A DNA stretch of 64,000 bases from Octopus sinensis (taxonomy: Eukaryota), in NCBI RefSeq assembly GCF_006345805.1, contig NC_043017.1, positions 31,310,001 through 31,374,000 on the forward strand, given 5' to 3'. Positions 13,214 through 25,625 of the stretch are shown here, piece by piece. The notes beneath the pieces are model-generated. The model saw only the letters and a program-made list of their open reading frames with translations. It searched no databases and was not told where the DNA came from. Numbering within the stretch: position 1 is the stretch's first letter; every line of letters starts with the position of its first letter. The translations under genes and the position numbers were made by a program.

Positions 13214-13600
13214 GGAGGCGCAATGGCCCAGTGGTTAGGGCAGCGGACTCGCGGTCATAGGATCGCGGTTTCGATTCCCAGACCGGGCGTTGTGAGTGTT
13301 TATTGAGCGAAAACACCTAAAGCTCCACGAGGCTCCAGCAGGGGATGGTGGTGATCCCTGCTGTACTCTTTCACCACAACTTTCTCTCACTCTTACTTCC
13401 TGTTTCTGTTGTACCTGTATTTCAAAGGGCCGGCCTTGTCACTTTCTGTGTCACGCTGAATATCCCCGAGAACTACGTTAAGGGTGCACGTGTCTGTGGA
13501 GTGCTCAGCCACTTACACGTTAATTTCACGAGCAGGCTGTTCCGTTGATTCGGATCAACCGGAACCCTCATCGTCGTAACCGACGGAGTGCTTCCATCCA
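13214..13600 (+). mobile_element. SINE head B + tail 1, 10 bp TSD
   Basis: ATATCATGTA at 13203-13212 and 13603-13612. Confidence 0.93.
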
Positions 13601-13989
13601 TCATATCATGTATACGCAGAATTACGCCACGCCAGACGGAAAACAAAAACGGCAATACAAGCAGAGGTTAACTCTCAGCAGTAAACAGATGAGCAATGGA
13701 AGAGAGGTGCCTTCAGTTATGAATATGGACGTGACTAAGCCATCGAAAAAAAAAAATTGCCTCAGTTGGCAGCGTGACTTGAATTTGTGAAAATTATATT
13801 TACCCCCAAAATAAAAAAGAGTTGACGGCAGCAATATAATCCTGTAAGAAAAACTATCAGTTCGTGTTGCTCTAGTGAAACACTCTAGTTACCTTTTTAC
13901 TATTATTTATAGAAATCTTCTTATTTCTTGCAGAACATCAAGAAATACCAATTACTTCCTTTGGCAGCAATACCTTAGATAAGGTACAA

Positions 13990-14620
13990 TAATGCCATCT
14001 ATTAAAGGATAAGAGGGATTTTTGCTCAAAATTGGAAAATTTATCAGCTCTTTCCTAGTACAGCTGCTGCACTTTTGCGGGTACAGCGGCTTTACTTTGC
14101 TGGAAACTGGTCTATAATATAAAACGTTGTCTTTCCTACTACACGAGAAAATTCTTAAGGGGTTTCATGGCAAAGAAGATTTCTGCCGTGAGCTGCAAAT
14201 ATACTTTAGAATCTGCATTCACCTTGGAGTTTGTCATTGATGAATCAAAAGCCAATCATGAAAGAGGTTTGTCGTTTTAATGCATCTTAATGCAGCAGGT
14301 GTCTGCCAACATCTGCAAAGATCTCCATAACAAAATCCTCATTGTGATGTCCAAAAATAATGTCCAAAATGTGACTGAAATAGGTCCTATAGTACGTTGG
14401 TATAGTCTTTTCTTTAAGACAGTAATCATCGTAAATTAACACAGGCCAAATTAAATTCATCAGAATCAGTTTCAAGCATAGATTTATATCCTGTCTTTTC
14501 CTTGCGGCAATTCATCCAAGAATCTGCATTGAGATCAAATTCTTGTCAACCGGTGTACAATGAATATGCTTGCTAAAGTACAATCTAAGAGACTGCTCTA
14601 CGTTAGAAGATTTCTGAGAC
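13990..14620 (-). pseudogene. Possible very decayed piggyBac transposase
   Basis: Frameshifted minus-strand pieces in the expected order: LRLYFSKHI, DINLCLKLILMNLI...DDYCLKEKTIPT, FINDKL, GKTTF..QFPAK*SR. By-eye similarity only; no TTAA ends found. Confidence 0.35.
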
Positions 14621-15799
14621 GAATTAAATAAAGTCTCAGATATATGTATGTATCCTCAAGAGGCAAGATTCAATCAATAATGATAGAACTAACAGATCAC
14701 GTTCAGTTTGCATTCTTCCTTTGACTTTCCCTGGTAGCTTTCAATACATTCACAATCTGACACGGAAGACAATGAATTCTGGACGGCTCTTCAGGCACAT
14801 CAAAGTTTATTACTTTCACCTGCAACTCCAAACGGAAAGAAAATCTAGAAAAGATCGTTTTATGGCAATCATACGATCATAAACGTAATATCATCGCTGT
14901 GGTTTTCCATTTAAAGCTTAGTAAAGCGATGGAATTGATTGCTAACTGCCAAATATATAAACCAGTTTGTCGTCATACGAATGCAGCAGAATTGCAACTG
15001 AGGAATCTTATTGGTCTGGTTAACAAACAGCAATCCCTCTAAACCATTGATTCTAACATATCACCTGAACGACCAGTATTATTCAAACGATCTACTGGTA
15101 TCCTTATAGAAGAGTAACAGAAGATAGAATCTTTCAAATCTTCACTGAACAGAATAAACTGAAGGCAGTTTGGTATATCTCTAACCACTCATTCCTGACT
15201 TAGATATTGAACACACCTCCCAATTTCAAGTTCCGTATTTCTATAAAGTTCATTAAAGGTGTTTCAGATATCTCTCTGATCGAAAACGGCTGGGATAAAC
15301 ATATCGTGTTCTAGCAGGGTCGTTAAGCACTGGCGCCAATGAAACGCTTTTGATTGTCTGCCACCTTTATACATAAAAACAGAACCGTTATAGAGTAATC
15401 CCTCACCATATCATGGTTCACCTATCGCGGTTTATTATTCAAGGTTACGTCGATCCCTCTGTGGTGTTGCTTTGCATTTATAATAAAATAAATATATACA
15501 TATTATTAAAATAACTTTAAAAATATACAGTATTATAAATATAAAATCCATGCATATTTTTCTTTTTCTCTCTCTGTTCTTCTCTTCTTTCCGTTCCCTA
15601 TCCATTTTTTCCTCTCAGACCTTTCTGTTAAGAGCGTAGGCTCATGTTAATACATTTCTTGTGCACGTTCCCTTGTTGTTCGTTAATCTTATTAGTTTAT
15701 TGTAATTGACGCTTTATTACAATTTACTGTGCGTGTGTTTGTGTTTGTGTGTGTGTGTGTGCGTGCGTGTATTTATATATCTGTGGGTATGTCTATGTG

Positions 15800-16015
15800 C
15801 CTGCGTGTGTCCTTCCCTCTGGACTTGACAACTAGTGTTGATGTGTTTACGTCCTCGTAACTTAGGGGCTTAGCATTAGAGACAGATAGAATAAGTGGTA
15901 AGCGTTAAAGGTGAGTTCTGGAGGCCGATTTTTTCGACGAAAACACTTCACGGCGCTGCTCCAGTATGACCGCAGTCAAATGACTAAAACAAGTAAAAGA
16001 AACAAAAGACATAAA
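15800..16015 (+). mobile_element. Diverged 3' half of an A-type SINE
   Basis: CTTGACAAC...GATAGAATAAG...GACCGCAGTCAAATGACTAAAACAAGTAAAAG. Confidence 0.7.
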
Positions 16016-16128
16016 ACAGTACAATATTCACCCTCCTCTTTTTACTTCCCCAACCTCTTCAACAAATGGTGTCGTTGTCTATTAGGTTTACTTTAGGCCG
16101 AATCTGATGAGGAAGAGATATTATAAGG

Positions 16129-16347
16129 CAGTGGTTTTCAACCAGGGTTCCGCGGAACCTTAGGGTTCCGCCAGTACAGTCCAGGGGTTCCGCAAGAAGT
16201 TACAATACTTCGAAAATCGGCAGTAATTTTTAATTCTCCTGTGCAGATATGTGTGCATAAAACTATTAAATTATTGCACAGGGGTTCCTCGAGCCAGTGG
16301 AATGTTTCCTTGGGGTTTCACTCCAGTAAAAAGTTTGAAAAGCTTTG
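16129..16347. mobile_element. hAT (Charlie-like) MITE, 219 bp, 8 bp TSD
   Basis: TIR CAGTGGTTTTCAACC with imperfect right partner; TTATAAGG at 16121-16128 and 16348-16355. Confidence 0.88.
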
Positions 16348-16710
16348 TTATAAGGCAATCACAAAGAAGAACAACCACATTCGATCAGTAGAATAATCGG
16401 TTGTGGATTAGCATTTCTTACGATTATTTATTCTTCGTCGATAACATTTCTTTACGGGTGTAATAAACTGGTACTTTCTAGAAGACATCGTCACAATTAC
16501 AAATATTTCTTTATTATTCTTGCCATTCCTGGTTTCATGGTCAGAAGTCGACCATTTCAGCTTCTATCGTGTAATTCTCTTTGACACATTGTCATCCGAC
16601 CGGCATCAAGCTTCCTCCCTTTTACTTGTATTGATTCTATCCGTCCTCATTCGCTATAGTCTCCCTTACTTTCACTTTTCTACTCTCATAGATCTCATAT
16701 ATGCATATAC

Positions 16711-16784
<74 letters not shown>

Positions 16785-16924
16785 CACACACACACACAAC
16801 ATGCGCATATATTTATGCATTTAGCATTTATGAAGACCGACAGTAAGACAGAGAGAAAGAAGGGAAGAAAGATAGAGAGAGGAAGATGGAAAGATATATA
16901 GATACATACATACAGAGACAGACA

Positions 16925-16927
16925 AAC

Positions 16928-17021
<94 letters not shown>

Positions 17022-17053
17022 ATAAATAGATAGATAGATAGATAGATAAATAA

Positions 17054-17123
<70 letters not shown>

Positions 17124-17140
17124 GGATTGATAGATAGATA
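16925..17140. repeat. (GATA)n microsatellite
   Basis: Direct reading; source of the LSIY ORFs. Confidence 0.97.
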
Positions 17141-17501
17141 GGTAAATAGTTTGACAAACATCTATGACTTGAGACATATACGTTATATACTTAGTACTCC
17201 CTTCCTTGTTTCAGTAGTCAGAGTACGACCAGGCTGGGGCACTACCTCGAAGCTTTTTACTCGTGTATATCTCCATCAGTACAGAACATATTTCAGCGAA
17301 TATTATTCACCTTTATATCATTAATATTTTACGGGACGTCAAACGTAAAGACAGTCAGACACATAAAAAAAACAACCAACAGCACACACACAAATCGATC
17401 CTAGTACTTATTTTTTAACTCCCCTGTTTATTCTATATTTTTCGTGTCTCTTCTTCAGTTTTTACAACTAGTAATTTTACTTGTTGCTGATCAGTGACTG
17501 A

Positions 17502-17915
17502 TACTCTTTTATTTTTTACTTGTTACAGTCTTTTGACTACGACCATGCTGGAGCACCGCCTTTAAAGTCGAGCAACTCGACCCCGAGACTTATTCTTTTG
17601 TAAGCCCAGTACTTATTCTATCGGTCTCTTTTCCCGAACCGCTAGGTAACGGGGACATAAACACACCAGCATCGGTTATCAAGCAATGCTAGGGGGACAA
17701 ACACAGACACACAAACATACACACGCATATATAAGCATATATATATATATATACGACGGGCTTCTTTCGGTTTCCGTCTACCAAATCCACTCACAAGGCT
17801 TTGGTCGGCCCGATGCTATAGTAGAAGACACTTGCCCAAGGTGCCACGCAATGGAACTGAACCCGGAACCATGTGGTTGGTTAGCAAGCTACTTACCACA
17901 CAGCCACTCCTGCAC
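17502..17915 (-). mobile_element. SINE family A
   Basis: Complete head and tail. Confidence 0.9.
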
Positions 17916-17986
17916 CTTGGTCACTTTGTTTACAATATATTGTTAGTAGTAGCGGACTATGACCATTGCTCTTGCATGCAGGTGCT

Positions 17987-18033
17987 CGCGGCTGAGGAGG
18001 AGCCAAACAGCTCGAAACAAAGTCAGTCTCACG
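17987..18033 (+). ncRNA. Type I hammerhead ribozyme candidate with canonical core
   Basis: CGCGG-CTGAGGA-G-GAGC(CAAACA)GCTC-GAAA-C(AAAGTCA)G-TC-TCACG; stem I has one C-A mismatch and extends with CAGG/CCTG. Confidence 0.6.
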
Positions 18034-18294
18034 ATCCTGTTATCTACGAGTAGGTGATAGGGGTTCGGTACCCTTGCTGGAAATTGTATTATATATAAAC
18101 GGTGCCGAATATCACCTCGATAACCAGCTGGCGGAGAATCTGCCTGGGGTTAAAGTAGTAGTAACATTCAACAGCCACTGTTGAAGGCGACTGGCTTTAC
18201 TGTTTAGTATAGTTTCTACTCGATCACTTCTTGAGATTTTACTACGAGCTACTTTGCTTATATATATAAATATATATATAAATATAAATATATA

Positions 18295-18480
18295 TACGGA
18301 GAGTTTACGAAAAAAAACAAAAGACGAAGACAGGTGGTGTACAAAACAAACAGATGTATTAGTATAACGCTCAGGGAAAGAAAAAGTCTTTTACGTTTCG
18401 AGCCTACGCTCTTCTACAGAAAGGGACACAGAAAAAACAAGGAGAGAAAAAATGTGTGTAGTGGCTATTGATCTATGATG
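18295..18480 (-). mobile_element. Monomer of the ~200 bp hammerhead-like element, best-preserved copy
   Basis: Motif 18388-18423 reads CTTT-CTGTAGA-A-GAGC(GTAG)GCTC-GAAA-CGT-A-AAAG; (TA)n on both sides. Confidence 0.75.
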
Positions 18481-18517
18481 GCGATATATATATATATGTA
18501 TATAATATATATATTAT

Positions 18518-18548
<31 letters not shown>

Positions 18549-19919
18549 CAGAGGAAGAAAGAAAGAACTGCATATACACCATCACCATCACTATCTTATT
18601 TTGTGCGTTTGTGTGTGTGTATTGTGTAGTAATGTGTATAGATCACATATTGGATATCCCTCAGTGACTGTCCTACTACCAAACCGGATATCAAAACATG
18701 AAAATAAAATTAATTGCAATTGACTTTCATGATTTGAAAAAAACTGACGTTGTTAAGTATTCAGGTGAGACTTTACAACATCGTTTAAATATTCCAGCTT
18801 TACTGCATCTTAATTAATACATTTTGTTCATAATTATTTCTGATATAGCAACAATACCATCAAGATTATTACAGTTTCATGAGGAAGATACAGTCTGTCA
18901 CCAACCATATTTTAGCATGAATTATTCTGAAAATGGAATAAATTATTGTGCTACGAGAGAGAAGATGCTGCTATCGCTTTGAGAAGAGGGAAAGAGATGC
19001 AATTTGTTTCCCAGTTGCGTCGGCGGAAGAGACGAGGAATAGAGAAAGACGGAGAAAAGTTACAGTAACAGAGAAGCATAATGGAGTAGAACTGCAGTAA
19101 CTAAATGAAGTTTTAGAGAGAAAACAGTGATTAATGATAAAAATGAAAAGTGAAGACGCATAATTGAAGAGAAGGAGGAGCAGAAGGTTATAAAAGCAGG
19201 AAAATAATCATAAACGTATACATGCATCTATATGTGTGTGAATGTGTTTGTATATGTATGTATATATAATCGATTAAGTAAATAGAAGATAGAATTAGTA
19301 TAATTCTGTATATTTCACGACGATCGTTTCAACTCATCCTGCGTCTGATGGGATGCTGGATGCTCTACATCATACTATGTTGCATCAATTTTGCAGTCTG
19401 TATCACATCACGTACATTCATACATAAAGTGGTGTATATATATATATAGCCCGTTCAACATCGTTCCCCTTTGCCGAAAAGGCAATTTTTCCAAACACGC
19501 CTGCTAGATAAGTTAAATTTGTCTCAATTTGTCTAAAGTCGTAAGACACCGGCTGTTAGCCTGTTATTACCATTCTTGTTTTTATTTTTATTTTTGTTTT
19601 CGTTTTTTGTATTTATATTCGTGTGGCTTCGTCCGTTTTTCTGCCCTTGTGTCGTTTACATTCGTTCCTTTTTCCAAGAAATCTAATGCTCGCAGCTTAG
19701 TTTTTCATTGGGGCTGGCCGCGTCGGAGCAAATATCAGAATTAATCAGCCGAAATTTGCTATGATGATCCGGTTTCTGACTGAAGATTAAAGGCTTCGAA
19801 TGACCCGTCTGTTTTCTGTGTTCGTCCCTTTGTGTATTTCACGTTCTTGTTTCTTTATATATAATTTTTATACCTATATATATATATATATAATATTTTT
19901 TCTTTTTGTAACATATTTC

Positions 19920-19953
<34 letters not shown>

Positions 19954-21213
19954 CAAAATGGGAGACAAGAACGCAAAACATCCGGACAGTTAGGTGGTAC
20001 AAAAATGGGACAACAAAATATCCAAATAGACGATACAAAGAAAACAAGGACGGGTCATTTGACGTTTTCTTTCCTCGGACTCTGAAAAAGGTCTGAAATG
20101 CCTGTGAATTCCCGAGAAACAGCTTCGTTCCCGACGAAGAAACAATACTCTATGATGTACCTCTATGAACTTTGTAGAGTTGTAATTGTAGGGGCCTGAA
20201 TGGTTTTCTCGTACAAAAGTAATGGGCCACAGTTTGAGATGAGGTTCTTGAATTGTTAAAGATCTCTCGCCAGAAAATTATCCTCGATGACATTGAAGAT
20301 TAAAACAAGGTGTAATCGTAAGGTTCCTTGCTGAAGTTTGCTCATATTCAATGTGGGGGTGTAATGACGTTATCTTGAAATTAATAGCGTCTATGCATGC
20401 CCTCAAAAATTTACTAGAATATGATGGAATTACCAGGCTGCTTGCGTGACGCGTGGTGCCTGGTTTGCGCATAAATAACGTGTAATTGAGATGGTCCACT
20501 TTACCGTTTGCCCTTCCAAGTTATAATATAAAATATTAGCCATATACTATAATAGATATAATCGACAACTCCCTGCCACTTATTTCTGTTCTAGTTGCTA
20601 TTAAAAACAATAATATAAAAGTATCCATAAAATTACTTTACTTCGTTTAACCTAAACTCACCTCTGATTCAATCATTTACGATACTCAATCTTAGTGACC
20701 CAAAGAGCCGTCAGCCAATCCATTCTTTTACATGTTGTTGACACCTTTGAACATTATTCACCTCCATTAGCTTGATACCGAAATCAATGTTAAGTAAAAG
20801 GACAAATAAAGGAAGCAATAATGATAGAGCCTAACATTTGAGAGGTTCAGTAACATTTCCTGATGTATTTCGGTCTCCTAAGATACCAATATTTTAGTTT
20901 TAAAATGGTTGCCAAGATACAGATTTAAAATGAGGGTTTCAAATTTTCGCACAAGGCCATCAATTTTAGTAGAATAGCGAGTATATTATATTGACCCCAA
21001 TGTTCAACTAATTAATAGTTATTTCAACGAACCCCAAAGGACGAATGGCAAGGTCGACCTCGGTGGTATTTGAACCTAGAAATTACATTTCCAGAAGAAA
21101 TGCTGCTAAGCATTTTGCCCGATGCACTAAGAGTTCTGCTAGCTCGCCATCCAAAATTCATTTAAACTAATGCCACAGAACAATGTCCCAGTGATTCCCT
21201 CAATACGAAGAAC

Positions 21214-21547
21214 CCATAAATACTACTACTACTATGGCAATCCCTCAAGGTCGAGGATGATGGTCTTCGCGCAAATTTATTGGTGAGTCCGCAGGTGACT
21301 GATAAGACCAATTCTTGCTCGAAAAGATCGTTCACAGTGCGGACATCTAGTGCCGGAAGGGAGAGTCGCACGTGGTTGTTGTTGGCGCTCCTTCCGTCGT
21401 CGTCTTTTCTCCTCCACGCTACAAGGACTCCCTGAAATCGAACCTCAAAAAGTGTGACATTGACTTCACCAACTGGGAGGAAACGTCAAAAAACAGACCA
21501 TTCTGGAAAACCACCATCCATGAGGGAAGGGCGAATTTCCATAAATA
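21214..21547 (-). mobile_element. RTE-clade LINE insertion with 5' inversion and 9 bp TSD
   Basis: Minus 21223-21415: EEKRRRRKER...CPHCERSFRARIGLISHLRTHQ* plus (TAG)n tail. Plus 21416-21538: RYKDSLKSNLKKCDIDFTNWEETSKNRPFWKTTIHEGRANF. CCATAAATA at 21214-21222 and 21539-21547. Confidence 0.9.
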
Positions 21548-22387
21548 AATGTAACAAAATTAATATAGTCCTCTCCTACCAATCCGAAAATTGTTATTCA
21601 CTCAAATGAATTTAAGCATGTAATGAAAGCAGACTCTCATATTAATTAGATCTGAGTCCATTTATCTTACCATTCCCACAACTCTACAAAAAAAAAGTGA
21701 TCTATTTAAAAATGATAAATACACAGCTTTAATTAATCACCCTTAAAATATATTCATAACGAAAACTGAGACTACAAATTATTACGAATCCGGAAGGGAT
21801 TTGTTAATTTCTGAAGTCTCATTCGATAAATTCTGTATTTCTATAATTATATATGCATACACACACACACACGCTCGCATGCATATACAAATGATCGTGT
21901 GTATTATGTGCTTAAATATATGTGTGTATATGTGTGTGTGTACCTGTCTGTCTGTGTATGTATTTATGTGTGTGTGTGGATATGTATGTATGCATGTATG
22001 TATGTATGTATGTGCGTACACATGCGTGTGTGAGTATATAAGGTATAGAGATATTTTTATCTAAACGTCTATATATCTGTTTCTCTATTTCTCACCCTCA
22101 TTCTGTCTCCCATTTCTCTCCCTACTCTCGCTCTCTGCTCTTCTTCCCAACTCTCCTTCCTCTTCTCCCTTCCCCCCTCTCTCTTCCTTTCTTTATTTAT
22201 TTAGATTTATATGCATGTATGTGTGTATGTGTGTGTGTATTTGTTTGTTTGTGTGTGTGTGCGTGTGTGTATACTGAAGTTACATATTTTAACGAGTGTT
22301 TATTCTTCGCATTGCCCTCCTTTTGTATAATCACATTACTCATTTCAATGTTATTTTGCTATTGTTGTCAATGTTGATTTTGATATT

Positions 22388-22841
22388 TCGGATCTTTTCG
22401 GCTTGACCGGCAGTTTTTAAAAATAATTTCCACGTAACTAAACACTTTTAAACTTCGTATACTGGTACAATGTGTTTATAAAACATCTTTTTCTCTTGAC
22501 TTTATTGAGAAAATTCTATAGTTTGTAAGATATTTGTTGTGTTTTTTCTTCAATTTCTGCAATTTCAATCAATCAATGACGTCTATTGAGGTATAAAACA
22601 TTCTGTGCCGTATGAATATGTCCCTCGTTTAAGAAACAGATTGGGTTTATTTACATTTGGGAAGAAAAAAAGATACCCTTCCCCACACACCTAACCCTAA
22701 GTAACCCTAACTAACCCTAACTCTAACCCTAGTCCGAAAAATGATTGAAATGCAATAGATCGATAATAGGGTCATAATTATTGGTGACAATTTCATATGT
22801 CACCGCTAGAAAAAACTGCCGTTCAAACCGAAAAGATCCGA
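22388..22841. mobile_element. MITE with ~30 bp TIRs and internal telomere-like repeats
   Basis: GGATCTTTTCGGCTTGACCGGCAGTTTTT vs right end 27/29 matched; TAACCCTAA units at 22690-22731. Confidence 0.85.
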
Positions 22842-23114
22842 TGTTAATATGCAAGTTATTGAAGGTAAAATTTTGTAATCTACCTTGCTGACGTTCATTT
22901 CCATCCGACGACAGATTAATTCTTCAAACATGACTTTTTATTGGCAGGTAAGCAGATATATATTCATATAGGCTTACACTGAACCACTTCAGTGCTGGCT
23001 TGCACGCGTGTACATGTGTGGGGGTGAATATGTGTGTGTGTATGTGTGTTGTGTGTACATATTTAAAAGCATGTATGTATATAGGGAGAGAAAGGTGAAT
23101 TTATAACATATATA

Positions 23115-23186
<72 letters not shown>

Positions 23187-23861
23187 TAAATGGCAATTTC
23201 TGTCTGTCAGTCTACTGCATTCACCAGTGAACCAATGTTGACGAAACTCTGCATGCATGTTAAGCTAACACCCAGTTCAATTATATTCAAATCATTAGCT
23301 TGCAATAAAAATTTTTAAATGGGTCCCATAATGGAGTTGGGCTATTATATGAAAAAATGATAAGGGTGCGAAAAGTGGCAGTGCGAGGGAAATGTAATAG
23401 CATAGTTAGTGTGACTGATATCAGGGAAGGATTAACAGTGTTATATAAGCGACAAATATGGAGTGGCAATGGGATGGTAACGACAATACAGCTGTTTTAT
23501 ACACGTGACGGTGCATAGATACTTTCGTAAATACATAGATACACACACACACATGTACCTAAGTAATTTTTAAAACGCTGAGGAAAGGAAAGAAAGGTGG
23601 TGTCAAGAATACGTAGCTTTAAGGAGAGAGGGAGTAGGTGGCAATACGTACATTTATACATACATATGTCTACGATAAGCCATTTTAAAATTGCGATTAC
23701 CTGTGTGTACGTTTGTAACTGCAAGTGTGTGTGTGTGTGTGTTTCAGTGTGTACGTGCTTGTGTGTGAGTTACACTGTATGTGTCACACTGTTTGTGCAT
23801 GTGAAACGCTGCATGTGTATGTGTCACACTATCTATAACTGTATTCTCTAATATTGTAGGA

Positions 23862-24252
23862 GAAGGCGCAATGGCCTAGTGGTTAGGGCAGCGGACTCGC
23901 CGTCATAGAATCGCGGTTTCGATTCCCAGACCGGGCGTTGTGAGTGTTTATTGAGCGAAAACACCTAAAGCTCCACGAGGCTCCGGAAGGGCATGGTGGT
24001 GATCCCTGCTGTACTCTTTCACCACAACTTTCTCTCACTCTTACTTCCTGTTTCTGTTGTACCTGTATTTCAAAGGGCCGGCCTTGTCACTCTCTGTGTC
24101 ACGCTGAATATCCCCGAGAACTACGTTAAGGGTACACGTGTCTGTGGAGTGCTCAGCCACTTACACGTTAATTTCACGAGCAGGCTGTTCCGTTGATTCG
24201 GATCAACAGGAACCTTCGTCGTCGTAACCGACGAAGTGCTTCCAAAATCCAA
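23862..24252 (+). mobile_element. SINE head B + tail 1, 8 bp TSD
   Basis: TTGTAGGA at 23854-23861 and 24256-24263. Confidence 0.93.
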
Positions 24253-24774
24253 GTTTTGTAGGATATTCCATGTTACTGCCACACTTTGCGAAATTTTTAA
24301 ATTACGTCAAAATTTTCAAATTTGTCATAAGCCCATCTTCTCATGGAGATTGCACTAAAGTGCGCAAATATTACCACATGCGCAATGATTGCATCCTGCA
24401 AAACAAAGGCTATTATATATCAGGCAGATGCCAAGGACATAAACGCAAACAATAACACCATTCTCTCTCCCTCTCACTGTTTACCTATTATCACCCTAAC
24501 TACTCTTCTCACTTTCTATAGGAGTATATTTTAACCATAATACCAATATCGTTTTGTATACGCATGCCTGTAATAACATAATATATTTGTCTAGTATGAA
24601 ATCAAATAAAATACCTTGTATAATTCAAATATTTAAAACTATTTCACTGCATCTTCAACACTTTCTCATTAGGATTAAAATTTCACATATATATATAATA
24701 TATAATATATATATATATATAATATATTATTATATATTAATATATATATATATATATATATATATGCATATATA

Positions 24775-24950
24775 ACGGGAAGGTTTACGAAAATAAACAA
24801 AAGACGAAGGCAGGTGGAGTACAAACCACACAATTTATTAGTATGCGCTCAGGAATAGAAATAAAACAAGTATTTTACGTTTTGAGCCTACACTCTTCGA
24901 CCGAAAGATACACAGAAAAGAAACAAGGAGAGAAAAAAATTGCGTGTGTA
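24775..24950 (-). mobile_element. Diverged monomer of the ~200 bp hammerhead-like element
   Basis: CTTT-CGGTCGA-A-GAGT(GTAG)GCTC-AAAA-CGT-A at 24872-24907. Confidence 0.7.
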
Positions 24951-24964
24951 TATATATATATATA

Positions 24965-25625
24965 TATTATAAATATATTATTATATTAAATTAGATATAA
25001 AACCACTATTAGGCAAATCAAACAATGAAAAACATAAGCCAATACATAAAATTAATTTAATTTATATTATTTTAAATATATATCAAAAGTATTAAAAGTT
25101 TAATAAAAGATAAAGAGTAAAACACTACGATCGTTTCATGGCTGTACAATTCGAATAACAATAATTCAAATTCAACTAATAATTCGAGTTATGGTTACAG
25201 TCAATCTTCAGGTTAATTGAAATATCAAAAAAGTAATCAGAAATATTTAAACAAAATTTTTAAGATATAAATAATATAATAATATTACTTATAATAAACT
25301 CTATTATCAAACTAGAAACATAAAACTTAACAATTATGATTATATCAAAATCAACTATAATGTTAAATATTAATTTTAATTTATAAGGTAGGAAACCCAC
25401 CAATAATCTAATATCGGTATTAATCTATATCTAATTACATAAACATTTAAAAATGACTATTATATATAAATTATCAATGAAAATATATAAATGTATATAA
25501 ATATTATAATTAAGATCTAAAATAATCTCTATAAATAAATATATATTCACATATAATAGAAACCTAATAAATTAAGTTTGTATTTATTCCCTAATATTTT
25601 ATTATATATATATATTTATATATAC
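24965..25625 (-). mobile_element. Penelope-like AT-rich non-autonomous element with long-stem-II hammerhead motif
   Basis: Minus 25121-25216: CTGAAGA-long hairpin-GAAA-CGATCG-TA-GTGTT; ends match the tails at 28200-28340 and 36100-36230. Confidence 0.6.

Noticed and set aside
19319-19330. GAAACGATCGTC (minus), hammerhead 3' half
   Set aside because: No intact CTGANGA core found upstream.
19755-19812. CTGAAGA...CGAATGACCCGTC as a hammerhead, with relatives at 12350 and 20050
   Set aside because: GAAT instead of GAAA and no convincing stems I or III; kept only as an unclassified repeat.
22918-22952. Possible micro-exon ending TGGCAG|GTAAGC
   Set aside because: Too short to evaluate; such matches are expected by chance in 64 kb.
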